DNA of 64,000 bases from Eledone cirrhosa. Lineage: Eukaryota. The notes beneath the pieces were generated by a model, which saw nothing but the letters and a program-made list of their open reading frames with translations, was not told the origin of the DNA and did no database searches. Positions 41,150 to 55,975 of this stretch are shown piece by piece. The stretch lies in NCBI GenBank assembly GCA_964016885.1, contig OZ024743.1, forward strand, positions 274,474,001-274,538,000. Direction: 5' to 3'. The translations under genes and the position numbers were made by a program. The first letter of the stretch is position 1; each line of letters begins with the position of its first letter.

Positions 41150-41292
41150 GCTGATGCTGGTGGTGGTGGTGATGGTGATGGTGGTCGTGATGGTGATGGT
41201 GGTTGTGGTGGTGGTGGTGGTGGTGCTGGTGCTGATGCTGGTGGTGGTGGTGATGGTGATGGTGGTCGTGATGGTGATGGTGGTTGTGGTGG

Positions 41293-41323
<31 letters not shown>

Positions 41324-41379
41324 GCTGATGCTGGTGGTGGTGGTGATGGTGATGGTGGTCGTGATGGTGATGGTGGTTG

Positions 41380-41410
<31 letters not shown>

Positions 41411-41660
41411 GCTGATGCTGGTGGTGGTGGTGATGGTGATGGTGGTCGTGATGGTGATGGTTGTTGTGGTGGTGGTGATGGTGGTGGTGATGGTGGTGGT
41501 GGTGGTGGTGATGGTCGTGGTTGTGGTGGTGGTTGTGATGGTGGTGCTGGTGTTTATAGTAATAGTTGTGATGGTCGTGGCGGTTGTGGTAGTGATGGTA
41601 GGTGTCATGGTTGTGGTAGTGATGGTGGTGGTGGCTGTGATGTTCATGCAGGTGGTAGTA
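41045..41660 (+). repeat. (GGT)-based compound repeat with a ~70-80-bp higher-order unit
   Basis: ggtgctggtgctgatgctggtggtggtggtgatggtgatggtggtcgtgatggtgatggtggttgtg repeats about five times. Confidence 0.9.
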
Positions 41661-42094
41661 GTGTGCGGTAGTGATTGAAAGCTGGTCGTTAGTGGCTGCA
41701 ATGGGGGTATGGAGTCGAGAGGTGTGGTAATGATGCTGTTGTGGGTAGAAGATTGAGTGGTTGTTCAGGGATTCATTAGAATTGGTGATTGGTGGTAGTA
41801 CTGGCGGTGTTGGTGGTGGTGGTGGTGGTGGAGATGGCGGTTTGGGTAGGTGGAGGTAACGGTGGAGACATCTGAAGCAGATGTCTCCTGTCGCCTTCAC
41901 ATTGCTATCTCAATCATCATCATCATCATCATCATCATCTTTACTACTCCCAGTAATACCGCACCCATAGACACCACTATCATCATCGTAGATACTAACA
42001 ACAACCACCACTCCCACCATCACTTTTAGCAAGGCCACACCCATTAACACAGACATTATCACCACACACCACACATCAACACCGTCCTGCGTAG

Positions 42095-42290
42095 ACCTGC
42101 TAGAAATAGCATCAACATCTCTCTCAAAATACGACATCCTGTCTATTAAAATAACACGTTTTTTAGAAGTGTTCCTAGCTTCTCTGCACATATACGTGAT
42201 GGTCGCGGCTGGAATGTCTCGAATCAAGCCTGATCGATCAGAGTTGACTGTAGCTGAGACACCAATAACAAGAAAAACAACAAACACATA
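42095..42290 (+). mobile_element. Third interspersed family (ctgctagaaatagcagcc...cagagctga...ctaaacaacaa); other copies about 7645-7850, 12350-12590, 18470-18600, 21980-22110, 30640-30880, 43120-43300
   Basis: Recurring motifs ctgctagaaatagca, cattggataatg and tggtca.ggctggaatg. Confidence 0.65.
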
Positions 42291-42309
42291 TTACTTATTA
42301 ACATTAGCA

Positions 42310-42600
42310 ACATAGAGTTATCGCCCTTTACGTTATGAGTTCAAATCCCACCGAGGTTAACTTTGCTTTTCATCTTTACAGGGTCGGTAAAATAAATTAC
42401 CAGTAAAGCACTAGAGTCGATTTAATCGACTTTCCCCTCCCCTAAAATTGCTGGCATTGTGCCTAAATCAGAAACCATTATTTCAGCTCTGTGGGTCGAT
42501 AAAGAAAGTAACAAATCCAGCCCATTTATTGTGTAGTCCTAGTACCAGTAACATACTGGAGTATTTGCTGGTCTTGTGCCAAAAGTAGAAACAATTATTA
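42310..42600 (+). mobile_element. SINE subfamily with extended 3' tail (shared with 63675-63945)
   Basis: Both copies continue into tttcagctctgtgggtcgataaagaaag...ccagcccatttatt.tgtagtcct. Confidence 0.75.
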
Positions 42601-43977
42601 TTATTCTCCCCAATCCTTCCCCAATCACCATCATCAACGATCATCACTTTCAATTATGACCACACCCATTTACATCACCGCGGACATTTCTACCATCGCC
42701 ACCACCACCACCACCACTATTACTATTAATATTTTCATTATCTCTCCCATCCACCACCACTTCCATTTACCACTACTACCACCCACATCAATAAACCCCT
42801 ACCACCCTTTCATGAATAATAGGTTTCATTGAGTACCTTTCTCAGGGCAGCACCCTGTACAGCTGTCCACTAACTTCAACCACCCCACGCATCCACAAAA
42901 CTAACGTACTGGCCCTACAAGGACTTATTAAACAGTTACAAAAATAACACTGACACACCAATACCAACACCACCACCACTTCACTACACTTCACTACTTG
43001 CACGCAACACTCGAAAATAACCATTTTATGCAATTCATCACACACAATGATATCATTAGCATAAGCTACCTCCATCATCATCAACAACACTATCATCATA
43101 AGCTAACGAGGGAGTCTCTGAACTGCTAGAAATAGGAGCTATATTTCCCTCGAATCACATCTTACTGTCTTCAAAATAGAACACATTGGATAATGTGTTC
43201 CAGTGGTTCTTGCATATAGGATTAAGGTGGAATGGTCATGTTTGGAATGCCGTTGATCGTAAGTCTGCTCGATCAGAGCTGATCAGTGGCTAAACAACAA
43301 AATTATCACCTACACCATTACTGACCTGACCACCACCAACAAAACAAGACAAAAGCATCGCCACCACTAGTACACCAACACCGTCATCACCAATAAGATC
43401 ACTACTATCAGTACCAACATATCACCATACCATTGTCCCCATTGCTAAAACCACCACCAACAACAGCATAACTACCACCAACACCACCGATAACAACATC
43501 ATCAACTCCAACAATAACACAAACACCATGATCACTATAGCTAAAACAACCACCAGTATCATCAACAACGCTAAAACCCTAACACCAACAGAACTACCAT
43601 CAGCATCACGAACATCAACAACACCATCATCACAACGAAGAGCAGCAACACGTTCACACCACCACTGATTATTTATGCACCTTAGCACGCAATTAACAAA
43701 TACTATTATAACATTCTCGACTTCACATGTAACACTATACAGTCATTTTCGAAACATCCGGAGAGCACAATGACCAAGGTTTAGTGCGGAATTCCTAAGA
43801 CCAGCACGGACACGAGTTCTGGATTTGACCAAGGAAGCCATATTTCAATTGATATTTCCATTGCTAATGTTATCTACTGATTGAATCTCCAGTCACAGCT
43901 TTTCCGATAGGTTTAAAAGTAAAATTGACATCCGGGAAATCTGAGCCTGTATGAGCCTGTAGATGCTAATGTGTGTG

Positions 43978-44071
<94 letters not shown>

Positions 44072-44135
44072 TGTGTGTGTGTGCGTGTGTGCGCGCGCGC
44101 GTGTGTGTGTGTGTGTGAATATATATATGTTTGTA

Positions 44136-44166
<31 letters not shown>

Positions 44167-44264
44167 TTAAGTATCAACATTAATGGACCTATTATTTTTA
44201 TCTAAAGACATTTTTTCCAATTCCATCCCACCCGTCCCCTGAATCAATTTTATTTCTCATTCTT

Positions 44265-44300
44265 TCTTCTGATTAAGGACTAGCGTCCGAAACGTTAAGA
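44265..44300 (+). ncRNA. Family-B hammerhead with core mutation (CTGATTA)
   Basis: tctt-CTGATTA-a-ggac tagc gtcc-GAAA-c-GTT-aaga; G8 is changed to U. Confidence 0.55.
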
Positions 44301-44409
44301 CCCTCTTCCTGCTAAGCGTTAACCTAATATATACCTTCCATATACTGTACCGATTGTGTTGTTATTTCTGTTTACCTTTTACATACATATATATATATAG
44401 AGAGAGAGA

Positions 44410-45088
44410 CCCTCATAGAACTGGACATAAAACGAATTTGCCCATTATACAGAGCAAATCATGGAATAGCTTAGATAGGACTAAACATAAGATAGGGAAA
44501 GCCACCTCATGGTACAACCAGAGATACCAGAGTGTCATGTTCGTGGACGCTATCCCTGGAGAGAAATTAGCTAACCAGTGTAGAAAGGCCCTGAGAAAGA
44601 TTCACTTAAAGATTGAAGTAGTAGAAAAGCCAGGAACTACCATAAAATCCCTGATCAGCAAAACATACCCTTTTAAGAAAACCCACTGTAGTAATAGGAA
44701 ATGTATTATATGTAAAGTAAACCCCCGGATAAACTGTAAAACTAGAAGCGTAGTCTATGGCATAAGATGTACAGAGGGTACTTGCAGAAACATGACAACA
44801 ACATACATAGGCGAGACAGCTCGTAGCATAGGTGAAAGGATAGACCAACACTGGGGGAAACTAAAAGGACGAAAAAATGGTTCAGTACTATACGAACACG
44901 CCAGACAACAACATGACGGTAATATAGACAACATAGAAATTAAAATAATATCTAAACATAGAAATGACCCAGCAGATAGGCAAATCAGAGAGGCAAGTGA
45001 AATAGAACTTAAAAGACCAAGGCTAAACAGAAAAAATGAATGGAATAACAACACCCAAACAAACAATACTGTCTTAAGAGAAATATAA
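44410..45088 (+). mobile_element. 5'-truncated Penelope-like retroelement ORF: Cys-rich linker plus GIY-YIG endonuclease
   Basis: HCSNRKCIICK...CKTRSVVYGIRC..C...YIGETARSIGERIDQH...SVLYEH...H...RQIREASEI...PRLNRKNEW shows the VVY/YIG, catalytic R, E and N, and CCHH motifs of PLE endonucleases. The frame is open for about 225 codons and begins at a (TA)n/(GA)n junction. Confidence 0.9.
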
Positions 45089-45620
45089 ATAAATAAATAA
45101 ATAAATAAATAAATATATACACAAGCACAATAACAACAAACACATATAAGCACACACTAGTAAACTAAGGTAGAATACAATAACCAAAACACAGTCACTC
45201 AAACGCGAACACACACCAAACACTATACACACACGCAAACGCATGCGCAGAGAAGACAAAAATAAATAAATAAATAAATAAACAGATTAAATAAAGATGG
45301 CGTAAATATACAATACAACAGGAGGAACATAATAGCAGCACTGACGATGTTGCAGATGTGCAACGAAAGAACTTTGTTAGACTATATATATGTGTTTATA
45401 TCTATATTATATCTGTATTTTTGACCGTTGGTCAGTCAATGGTAAACATTGAGGACCGAATGAATTAACTGATGTAAAAGATACAGAAGCGAAAACCAAC
45501 GAAGCAGTGAGTGTGTTCTGTTATTAATTCTGGCAATATTATTACAACAATATGACCCTGCCCAAGTATAACAATATTTGTTTCGACACACGATTTCATT
45601 TCAAAAACCTCGCAAAACAA
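45089..45620 (+). mobile_element. 3' pseudo-LTR of the Penelope-like element with a sense hammerhead motif at 45334-45379
   Basis: agca-CTGACGA-t-gttgca gatg tgcaac-GAAA-gaac-TT-tgtt; matches 33570-33880; ends in (TA)n. Confidence 0.7.
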
Positions 45621-45807
45621 ATATATATATATACACATGCATATGCCTATATATATATGCACAATAAGTATAAGAATATACATATGTGTATACATATGTA
45701 TATATATGTATATGTATATATGTACATGTATATATGTATGCATGTATGTGTGTATCCATATAAACACACATATATATATATATATATCCATGTATATAAA
45801 TATGTAT

Positions 45808-45881
<74 letters not shown>

Positions 45882-46487
45882 CCACTAACATACTTATATG
45901 TTTGTATGTATACATGTATATGTGTATGCATATGAGTTCGTACGTGTGCGAATTTATAAATGCATATTTACACGGTTAATATGCATTTCTAAGGCAATTA
46001 TGTTGTTACAGCTGCTGCTACTACCACTGGTATGTTGATGTTGTTGTGTTTGTCGTTATTGCTCCTGTTATTGTTATTGTTGTTTGTCGCGTGTTCGCGC
46101 TGGACATTAGCATTTATGACTGCAGGTGCATGCATGTGCCTGGTTTACTTAATTATACGCCTCTCTCTCTTTCTCTTGCCTGTCTGTCTGGCTGGCTGGC
46201 TGTCTGTACGTCGCTCTATATGTACTTATATATATATATGTATATGTAATTATGTATATATATATATATATATAATTAAGTATGTATGTATATACGTAGT
46301 TATGGATATGTTAGTATGTGTGTGAGCATGTATATATATATATATGTACGTGTGCTTGTGTGCGTGTGTATTTCTCTGTGTGTGTGTCTGTTTGCGTATA
46401 TGTCTGCCTGCAGACATATATGCGTATGAATGCGTTATTGTCCGTGTGTGCCTGATGGATATGTCTCTGCGTGTGTGTGTATATATG

Positions 46488-46686
<199 letters not shown>

Positions 46687-46799
46687 AGTGGTGAGAAGAT
46701 GTCGTCTAATGCCATATGGCACACTACTCAAAACTGATTTGCGTGTGACTTACATGCTAGTGAAGAACGGTTTTAATGTGTACCTGGGGCTGTTGGAAA

Positions 46800-47350
46800 T
46801 ACAAGAACGTTGATAATACAACGTCGTTTATTGTAAAAGGACGTGGATAATAGAAAGACTGTTGATAAAAGTATGACTTGTTAATACAAGGATTATTGAT
46901 AATAGATGGATCTTGAGAATAGAAGGATCTTGATAATAGAAGGACTGTTGATAATAGAAAGATGTTGATAATATGACTTTTTATAATAAAACAAGACTTG
47001 CTAATAGGACGTTGAGAATAGGTCTATTTTGATAATAGATGAGACGTTACTAACATAAGAGCTGTTGATAATAGAAGGACATAGATAATACAACTGCTGG
47101 TAACATAAGAATACTACTAGCAGAAGATGATGTTGTTAATGGATGAGCTATTGCTAATAAAATGGCCGTTCCTAACAGACGGGCTGCTCCTAATAGACGG
47201 TCTGTTTCTAACCGAAGATATGTTCCTAATAGAAAAAACTGTTCCTAATAGAAGAGATGTTGCTAATAGAAACTTGTTGATAATATAATAGGATGCTGTT
47301 AATAAAAAGGATGCTAATAGAAGATTGTTGGTAAAAGAAAGACTGGTGAT
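46800..47350 (+). repeat. Degenerate ~18-21-bp tandem repeat (aatagaaggactgttgat)
   Basis: Periodic (t)gataataga / ctaataga motifs. Confidence 0.75.
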
Positions 47351-48171
47351 AATACATCTGAGTGAAATTTAGTAAACGAGACATGTGTGGAACCCGTCGG
47401 GGGAATTACACATGTACTTGAAAGAGTCAGGCTTGTCGCACACCATGTCATGCTGAATCTCCAATATTCATTCATTATTTATCCAATTTCACATTAATAT
47501 GCATCCAATTACACATTAATTTAACAAATAGGCCGTTCCGTTGATTGACCAGCTAGAACAGTTATCGTGAGAACCGACAGGGGGTTCACTTATGCTATTT
47601 TATTTATATAGTCTATTGCTATATGTTGTATCGACCCCCATAAACTACCACCCTTCAGGATTTCTACTTCAGGATTTCCACTACCCTTCAGCGTTCTAAT
47701 TTAGACACAAGATCAGCAATTTGGGGGGAAGAAAAATCGATTAGATCGACCGCAATGCTTGACTAAAACTTTATTTTATCGGCCTCGAAAGAATAAAAGA
47801 TAAAATTGACATTGGTGAGATTTGAACTCAAAATATAATCACCCGGACTAAAAGTAGCACCGTGTTTTATCTGAGGCTCTAATGATTTCGCCAACGTACT
47901 GTCATCTAATGATGCTTCTAATACATCATTTTCTCACAGTTTTGTCAATCCAGCACAACCTCATCCCCTACCACTCCAGCAATCTCTCACCATCCAACCA
48001 GTCTACCACCCTCTAAGCACCTTGCCAGTCCATCACCCTCTAATGACCCTGCCAATCCACCACTCGCTAACGATTCTGCCAATCTATCCTAGAATTTCTA
48101 ATATTGGTAATAATATTCCTCAGTTATTATATAATGTATTTTGATTTATTCTTCCTTCTTATTCTTTTCAG

Positions 48172-48269
48172 AAAAGGGAACATTTAATGTGTTACGGGGT
48201 CGAACTTGGGACAAAGAGGCACAGGAATTCGTGAAGAGGCGGATCAAACTCGAAGAACAAGCATCATGA
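48172..48269 (+). CDS. BAIAP3: Terminal coding exon of Munc13-4/BAIAP3-family gene (EKGTFNVLRGRTWDKEAQEFVKRRIKLEEQAS*)
   Basis: Long pyrimidine tract plus tttcag acceptor (ends 48171); phase 1 matches the previous exon. L.GR..D.EAQ.FV is the conserved BAIAP3/UNC13D C-terminal motif; TGA at 48267-48269. Not in the ORF track. Confidence 0.9.
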
Positions 48270-48380
48270 AGACAGCCATGATTGGAGAAGTAAGAATGAC
48301 AGATTCTGAAAACCAAAAAATAAAAAAAATAAAATAAATAAATAAATGAAAATAATGATAAATATATAAATAAAAAAACA
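48270..48380 (+). promoter_or_regulatory. Proximal 3' UTR with clustered AATAAA polyadenylation hexamers
   Basis: Several aataaa hexamers in an A-rich stretch just after the stop codon; the site actually used is unknown. Confidence 0.35.
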
Positions 48381-48509
48381 AAACAAAAACAAAGAAAACA
48401 CACAAAAATAGAATAACTACAACAACAATACTAACATAGAATGCAGGAAAATAAGAACAACATGAAGACAATAATATAATTAACAATCCAACGCAAAAGA
48501 AGATCATCT

Positions 48510-48620
48510 AAGTCATTCCATAGACTATTCTTTGGACAGTTCCATGAGCCATTCCTTGGACAATTTATTGGATATTCTATGGACAATTCCCCAGACAAAT
48601 CCATGGACCATTCCATGTAC
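48510..48620 (+). repeat. Degenerate 12-bp tandem repeat (caattccatgga) in the probable 3' UTR
   Basis: About nine units such as cattccatagac, cagttccatgag, caaatccatgga and ccattccatgta. Confidence 0.7.
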
Positions 48621-49955
48621 TTGCATTTGTTCACTTTCTTCTTAGTCTATCCGACATAATCGTAACCAAAACATGCAATATGCTCCTTTGCCCCCTTTCC
48701 TGCTGTTTTGTTACTGCACACAATTGATACCACGTTCTTACCATTCCTTGCTAGTGCTATTTATCACTCTCTCTCTCCCCATCTCTTCCTCTCTCTCCCC
48801 TCTCTCTCTCCCTCTCGCCACTCTCTCTCTCTATATATATGTATATTTAGGAAAAAGTTTAACCCCGACGGCAGAGCTCAAACTGTTTCGACGGCTATTT
48901 CTGGACTCTGAGTCCAGAAATAGCCGTCGAAACGGCTTGAGCTCTGCCGTCGGGGTTAAACTTTTTCCTATTACCCACTCTACTACCACAAGTATTGAGT
49001 ACTATGGTGCGTTATGGTCCATCTGGTTCCTTACCACACCTCCTTCGTTATATATATATGTATATATATATATATATGTTTCTCATCCCTTTCTCTCCCT
49101 CATTTTATCTGTTTATTTCTCACTCGCTTTCTCATTCTTTTTGTTTATATTTCTCTCTTTCTCTCTGTCTATCTATCTCTGTCTATTTATCTATCTATCT
49201 ATCTATCTATCTCTGTCTATCTATTTAGCTATCTATCTATCTATCTATCTATTTATTACGATTACCTTTGTATACTCATTCCTTCACCCACTCCTATTTG
49301 GATGTATTTGATCAAGTGTTGAATGAACTGGAACAAAGCGTGTTGGATGAAAGATTGGCACATGGTGTAGAAAAGATAGACAGAAAGAAAGAACGAACGA
49401 AAGACACAGAAAGAAAAGAGATAAAGTGTGTGTGTGAGTATATGTCTGAGATGTAGGGATAGAGAGAGTAAGGGCTGATGGATGCACATATATACAGATA
49501 TATGTAGAGAGAGAGTTTGTGAGAGAGAGACAGTGATATAGAAAGAAAAAGAGACTCTGAAAGCCATAGATGGATAAGCCTTCACTTTTTTGATCAACCG
49601 AATACTCGACGTGTTAAATCAACATATAATTGGCTAAGTATTCTACATATATGTGTAGCCTCAATGTAATTCGCATGACACAATACGTGATAAGGCTGGA
49701 CTTTTGAATAACAGGTACAAATCATCCGACGGGCTTCAACACAGATTCCGTCTACCCCATTGAACTGACAAGGCTTATTTCGACCTGAGACTCAGGTAAA
49801 GAGACTTCTTCTTCCAAGATGTCACACAGTGGGATCAAACGTAAGACCACGTGATTGTGAAGCAAAGTTCTTTTACCACTCAGCTATGCCTGAGTCTACT
49901 CATGACAGAAAAAGACAAACAGTATCTAAAAAGGATGGGAAGAAGATTAGAGGAT

Positions 49956-50004
<49 letters not shown>

Positions 50005-50302
50005 TTTAGAATAAAACGTTTCCGAATAAGAAAACAAATAAACGTAGATGAAGAAGTTATTACAGCTCAAAATATGAGATTTATTACAGTAAACTAGTCA
50101 AAATGCTACAATTTTATTTCTATGAAATCTTTATTTTAGACGTTAGGTACACACATAGAGTATAATTTACATTGAAAGGTTATATATATATATATATATA
50201 TATACATTGAAAAATGGTCCGAAGACTCCAAGCCTAGGTTTGGATGAAACAATTGTAAGTGAATAAATGCTTTGAACATAGCTTTGATTCTTGTGAATTC
50301 TA

Positions 50303-50383
<81 letters not shown>

Positions 50384-50648
50384 ATGTGTGTATGTATGTA
50401 TATATATTTATGGGGAAGGCTGGAAGAAAGTGGAAGAAAAAGGTAACAAAATAATAATAATAATAATTCTAAAAGAAGCTACAGAATATTCATCAAAGAA
50501 AAAGATATACGGGATAACATAGGATAATGTTGCATGAGAATAAGTAATTGCTTGAAAGATTCTTCAGTTATATTCTGTCACCAAATCGTTTAGCACCTAC
50601 AACAGCCCGCCCGGTATTACCGGATTTGAAAACTTGTAAACACAAACG

Positions 50649-51090
<442 letters not shown>

Positions 51091-51147
51091 ATATATATAT
51101 ATAACGTTTGGGTTTACAAATCCGGTAATATATATATATATCAAAGT

Positions 51148-51204
<57 letters not shown>

Positions 51205-51252
51205 TAGATAGATAAATATATAAATATATATATAAATATATGTATATATATT

Positions 51253-51287
<35 letters not shown>

Positions 51288-51315
51288 ATATATATGTATA
51301 TATATATATATACAA

Positions 51316-51348
<33 letters not shown>

Positions 51349-51382
51349 TATACAAATATATATATATATATTTATATATATA

Positions 51383-51467
<85 letters not shown>

Positions 51468-51472
51468 ATATA

Positions 51473-51519
<47 letters not shown>

Positions 51520-51528
51520 ATATATATT

Positions 51529-51604
<76 letters not shown>

Positions 51605-51671
51605 ATATATATACACAGATTCTTTGCTTAAACTTTAATCTGTTATTTTAATAAATATATATATATGAATG

Positions 51672-51738
<67 letters not shown>

Positions 51739-52084
51739 ATATAAACTCAGATTATTAAGAGAAGTGTATCAGACAACAATTAGTGTTAATTAGCCCTTTC
51801 GTTACCATATTTTTAATGATAAACACTGCCAATCATAAACTGATAATTTTTAAATTAATCAACAATTAGTAGGGAGTTAGTAATATAATTAATTTGTTTG
51901 TTATGGATCAGGCCTTTGGAGCATAACCTAACATAGGTTCTTGCATTATCTCATGGTGGAAAGTATTGCGATATATATAACTATTTTAAAACATGGGTGC
52001 TTTCAGGCGGTTTGTTATCAAAGAGGTTAAGAAAAGAATCACCACACTGCCACGCATTTCATTAAAAATCTATTTGCCATTATT

Positions 52085-52295
52085 TATCAGTATCAGTAGA
52101 GCGTCGGACAATATACTTTGAAACATAGAGTTACGGCCTTATATGATCTGAGTTCAACTCCTGTCGATGTTAGCTTAAACTTTCATCCTTAGGGGGTCGA
52201 TAAAATAAAGTACCAGTAATACACTGGTGTTTATTTAATCGATTTACCCCATTTATAAAATTGTTGGCCTTGTGCCTAAATCAGAAACCGATATT
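52085..52295 (+). mobile_element. Major SINE copy
   Basis: Head, B-box-like gagttcaact and core present. Confidence 0.75.
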
Positions 52296-52729
52296 ATGAC
52301 GGTGCGAAGAGGACGGGTAAGGGTTGATGCAAATAGGTTGCGTCCATGTTTGAATGATTTGCAAACATGTTCATTTACGATGGCCCAAAGGTAGTTCAGT
52401 GCTTTCTTGGAGTTCAATTCTTGTTGAACTTCGAATCTCAATTCACATCTCTCTCTCTCTTAAGTATTCCAGTACTATATACTGGTTGAAGATGTCATGC
52501 GGTGCAATGGTATATTGGAGTGGGGTTGTTTACCGTCGATTATAGCGCATGTAAAGATGGATCCAATATATATGAAATGATTTCGATGCCTAGTTAAAGC
52601 CAATCAACTTCAATTCACTACAGTTCACTACAAATCAACTAAATTTTGCTACAATTCACCACATATTACTACAATTCGCAACATTTTACTACAATTCTCT
52701 ATATTTAACAACAATCCTGCATAATTGAC

Positions 52730-52772
<43 letters not shown>

Positions 52773-52808
52773 GAATAATAAAAAAATATATATATGTATA
52801 TATATATA

Positions 52809-52851
<43 letters not shown>

Positions 52852-52891
52852 CATATATATGTATATATATATATATATACATACATATATA

Positions 52892-52995
<104 letters not shown>

Positions 52996-53036
52996 CATAC
53001 ATATATATGTATATGTATATGTATATATATATATAC

Positions 53037-53129
<93 letters not shown>

Positions 53130-53247
53130 GAACGATCGACTTTCGTCGAATCGGACCGAGGGAACAATGTTTCCGTTGGTCTTTCCAATTGCTAATACTA
53201 TCTATCGGTCGCAACTCCAGGTAGAAGGAGCAACGTGAAAAAAAAAA

Positions 53248-53281
<34 letters not shown>

Positions 53282-54750
53282 ATATATATATATACTTTCG
53301 TCCCTTCATAGTGCAACGTTGACCACTGGTCTGGTCTATAACCCAACCCTTCCTCTTATAAACAGCTAAAATGAGACAGCAGAATGGTGAATGCTTCTCT
53401 GCCCTTCGATTACATTTACACCTATCCACCCAACCTTACCCCGGTTATAGAGATATATCTATCTAAATGGTACTGCCATAAACGAACTTTACCGAAAAGC
53501 CACAATGTCATCACCATCGTTTACAATAAGTAACCAAAACTTCAATGATAAACGTACAGCTTGTCTTAAAAACAACAAAAAGAATAACTCTAACAGGATA
53601 AGCAAAGCTCTCACAAAATATTTATGAAGATTATAATTTCTTCATCATAATGTTTTCATTATCTGTTTTCAATGCCGACATGATATATATATATATATAT
53701 ATATATATATCTGTGTATGGATATGTATATGTATGTGTATATATGAATGTGTGTATATATCTGTATATATATGCATGGATATATATATATATATATATAG
53801 GTGTGTGTGTGTGTGTGTATGTGTACGTATGTATTTAAAGTTGTGTATGTGTGTTTGAATACATGTATATATATATATATATATATGTGTGTTTGTGTTA
53901 CATTTAAAACCTGACTTAGATTTCAAACTCATTTTTTTCCATATTTTTTTTGGTGGGGGTGGGCGGGAGTAAATAGCGCTCATCAGTCTATAATCAGATT
54001 TATAACTTTCTCGATATCATCATCTGAATCAAGTAAGTGTAGTGGGGAATTGATGCCGCTATTTTGTAGTAGACAATAAAGGATCATAAAAATAATGTTA
54101 TAATTGATCAAATCTTCATTGTCGAATATACAATTTTCAATGGGAACACATTTTAGTATTTTACAGTGCAGTAAACGAACCAAAACTAGCTAGAAAAATA
54201 TTAGATACTTCCATCATCATCATCGTATAGAGAATTCCACAAAAGCAAGATTAACCATGGAAGATTAACTAATAGCAATATGTAAACCATCAATGTAAAC
54301 AAAAGGATACAACGCTTGTGATATAATCATGAAAGTTTCCAGAATTTGTCAGTTAAATATTTTTCAATCCAGCGATGACGTCTTCTTCAGTTACAACATT
54401 ATTACTGTAATCCTTTGCTGCTTACTGCATAATGCGCCAACAATTTTCCATTGCTTTCATTTTGTTTTCAAATAATAAAGACCGAGAAGACATTTAAACA
54501 TTAATGTGCTTACGGAGCTATTCTTCCAAACTAAACATAAGTAATGCCGTATAGAATATACTTCAAATATAATCTATTCCATATATATATATATTCTTTC
54601 ACTGGCTTCAGTCAGTAGGCTGCTGCCATTCTAGATCACCTCTTTCATATCTGTTTTATCCAGTGTGATCTTTCTTTATAAGTAATTAAATTCGGTATAC
54701 TGTCTACATTATAAGGCAATGCAGACAATTTCCACACCAAAGCTCTCTCA

Positions 54751-54840
<90 letters not shown>

Positions 54841-55975
54841 CTTAATGTAGAGAACTCCCACACCAAATTGTTCCCTTTCTAGTACTTAAATGGTAATGTA
54901 AAGAAAATATCATTACACTCAGGACCGGCTCTACCAGTAATTTTCTTTGTGTGGTCAGAGCAACAGGCACCACGTACTAGATTCATCAGCTTACCAAATT
55001 GTAAGCTGAAACTATTTTATTTGGGAGGATAGCTTGTATAACTAGAAGGAGCTACCGTCTCTTATCATATTGTTTGACATAAGGATAAGTTCTTGTAGCA
55101 TCACAATCAATTTCTTTTCTGAGACTTGAAAATAGATGTAAAGCCCTTTCTTACCATTTGACTGCTATAAGTGATTTTAACTTGAGCAACTCCACAACTA
55201 CCATACCAACCACAACAGCAACAACATTCCAATCAATTTTATGTTATTGTTCTCCCAAACATTATAACCTAGTCCTTTTCATGCTTTTAGACGCTTCTAC
55301 TCTGTTGTAAGCCTATTGAGATGGTAAACTTAATCTGTCAACCGAATGAATACCACTTTCTGGCCCTGGGTGCCTTTGTGGAGTTCTCTCTGTTGCAAGC
55401 ATTCGGGACAGCTCACTGGTTTGCGGATAACTTCTTCCGTCCCTCTGCCAGTACATTGCTCTACATCGTTACTTTATTGTATCGACCCCCAAAAGGGGTA
55501 ACGGTAACGTTTACTTTAGCCGTATTTGACCTCAGAGCGCAGAGAACCGGAACAAATACCGCAAAGCATGTTGTCTTACACACTAACAACATTGTTTATT
55601 CCCTCACTCCCTTTCAATTAAGGTTTGCTTTTTATTGCTGTTGTTGTTTTGTCCTATATTCAAAGATAGTAATTTATGCACCAAAATTTAGTTTCAGCAA
55701 AACCGATATTAGCTCCTATCTTTAGAGCTTCAGAGAGATTCGAGATAACACTTTTCCTGGAAAAAAATGATAGGTCTGGTTTCCATTCTTGTGGTGCATA
55801 GAGATTGTAATTTTTATCTAGAGAGGACGAAGTTCACTTACTGGGGGAAGTACATGTCCTTGGACGCAGAAATGTACAACTACTAGCCAAAGCATACAAA
55901 GTTGTTCCCTATCAAAATCAGTTTTTTGGGGGGACGGGGATGGGGATTCTTTAATATACTTGCTAATAATATATA

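Noticed and set aside
40983-41900. His-rich 305-aa and Val/Thr-rich ORFs
   Set aside because: Trinucleotide-repeat artefacts open in several frames.
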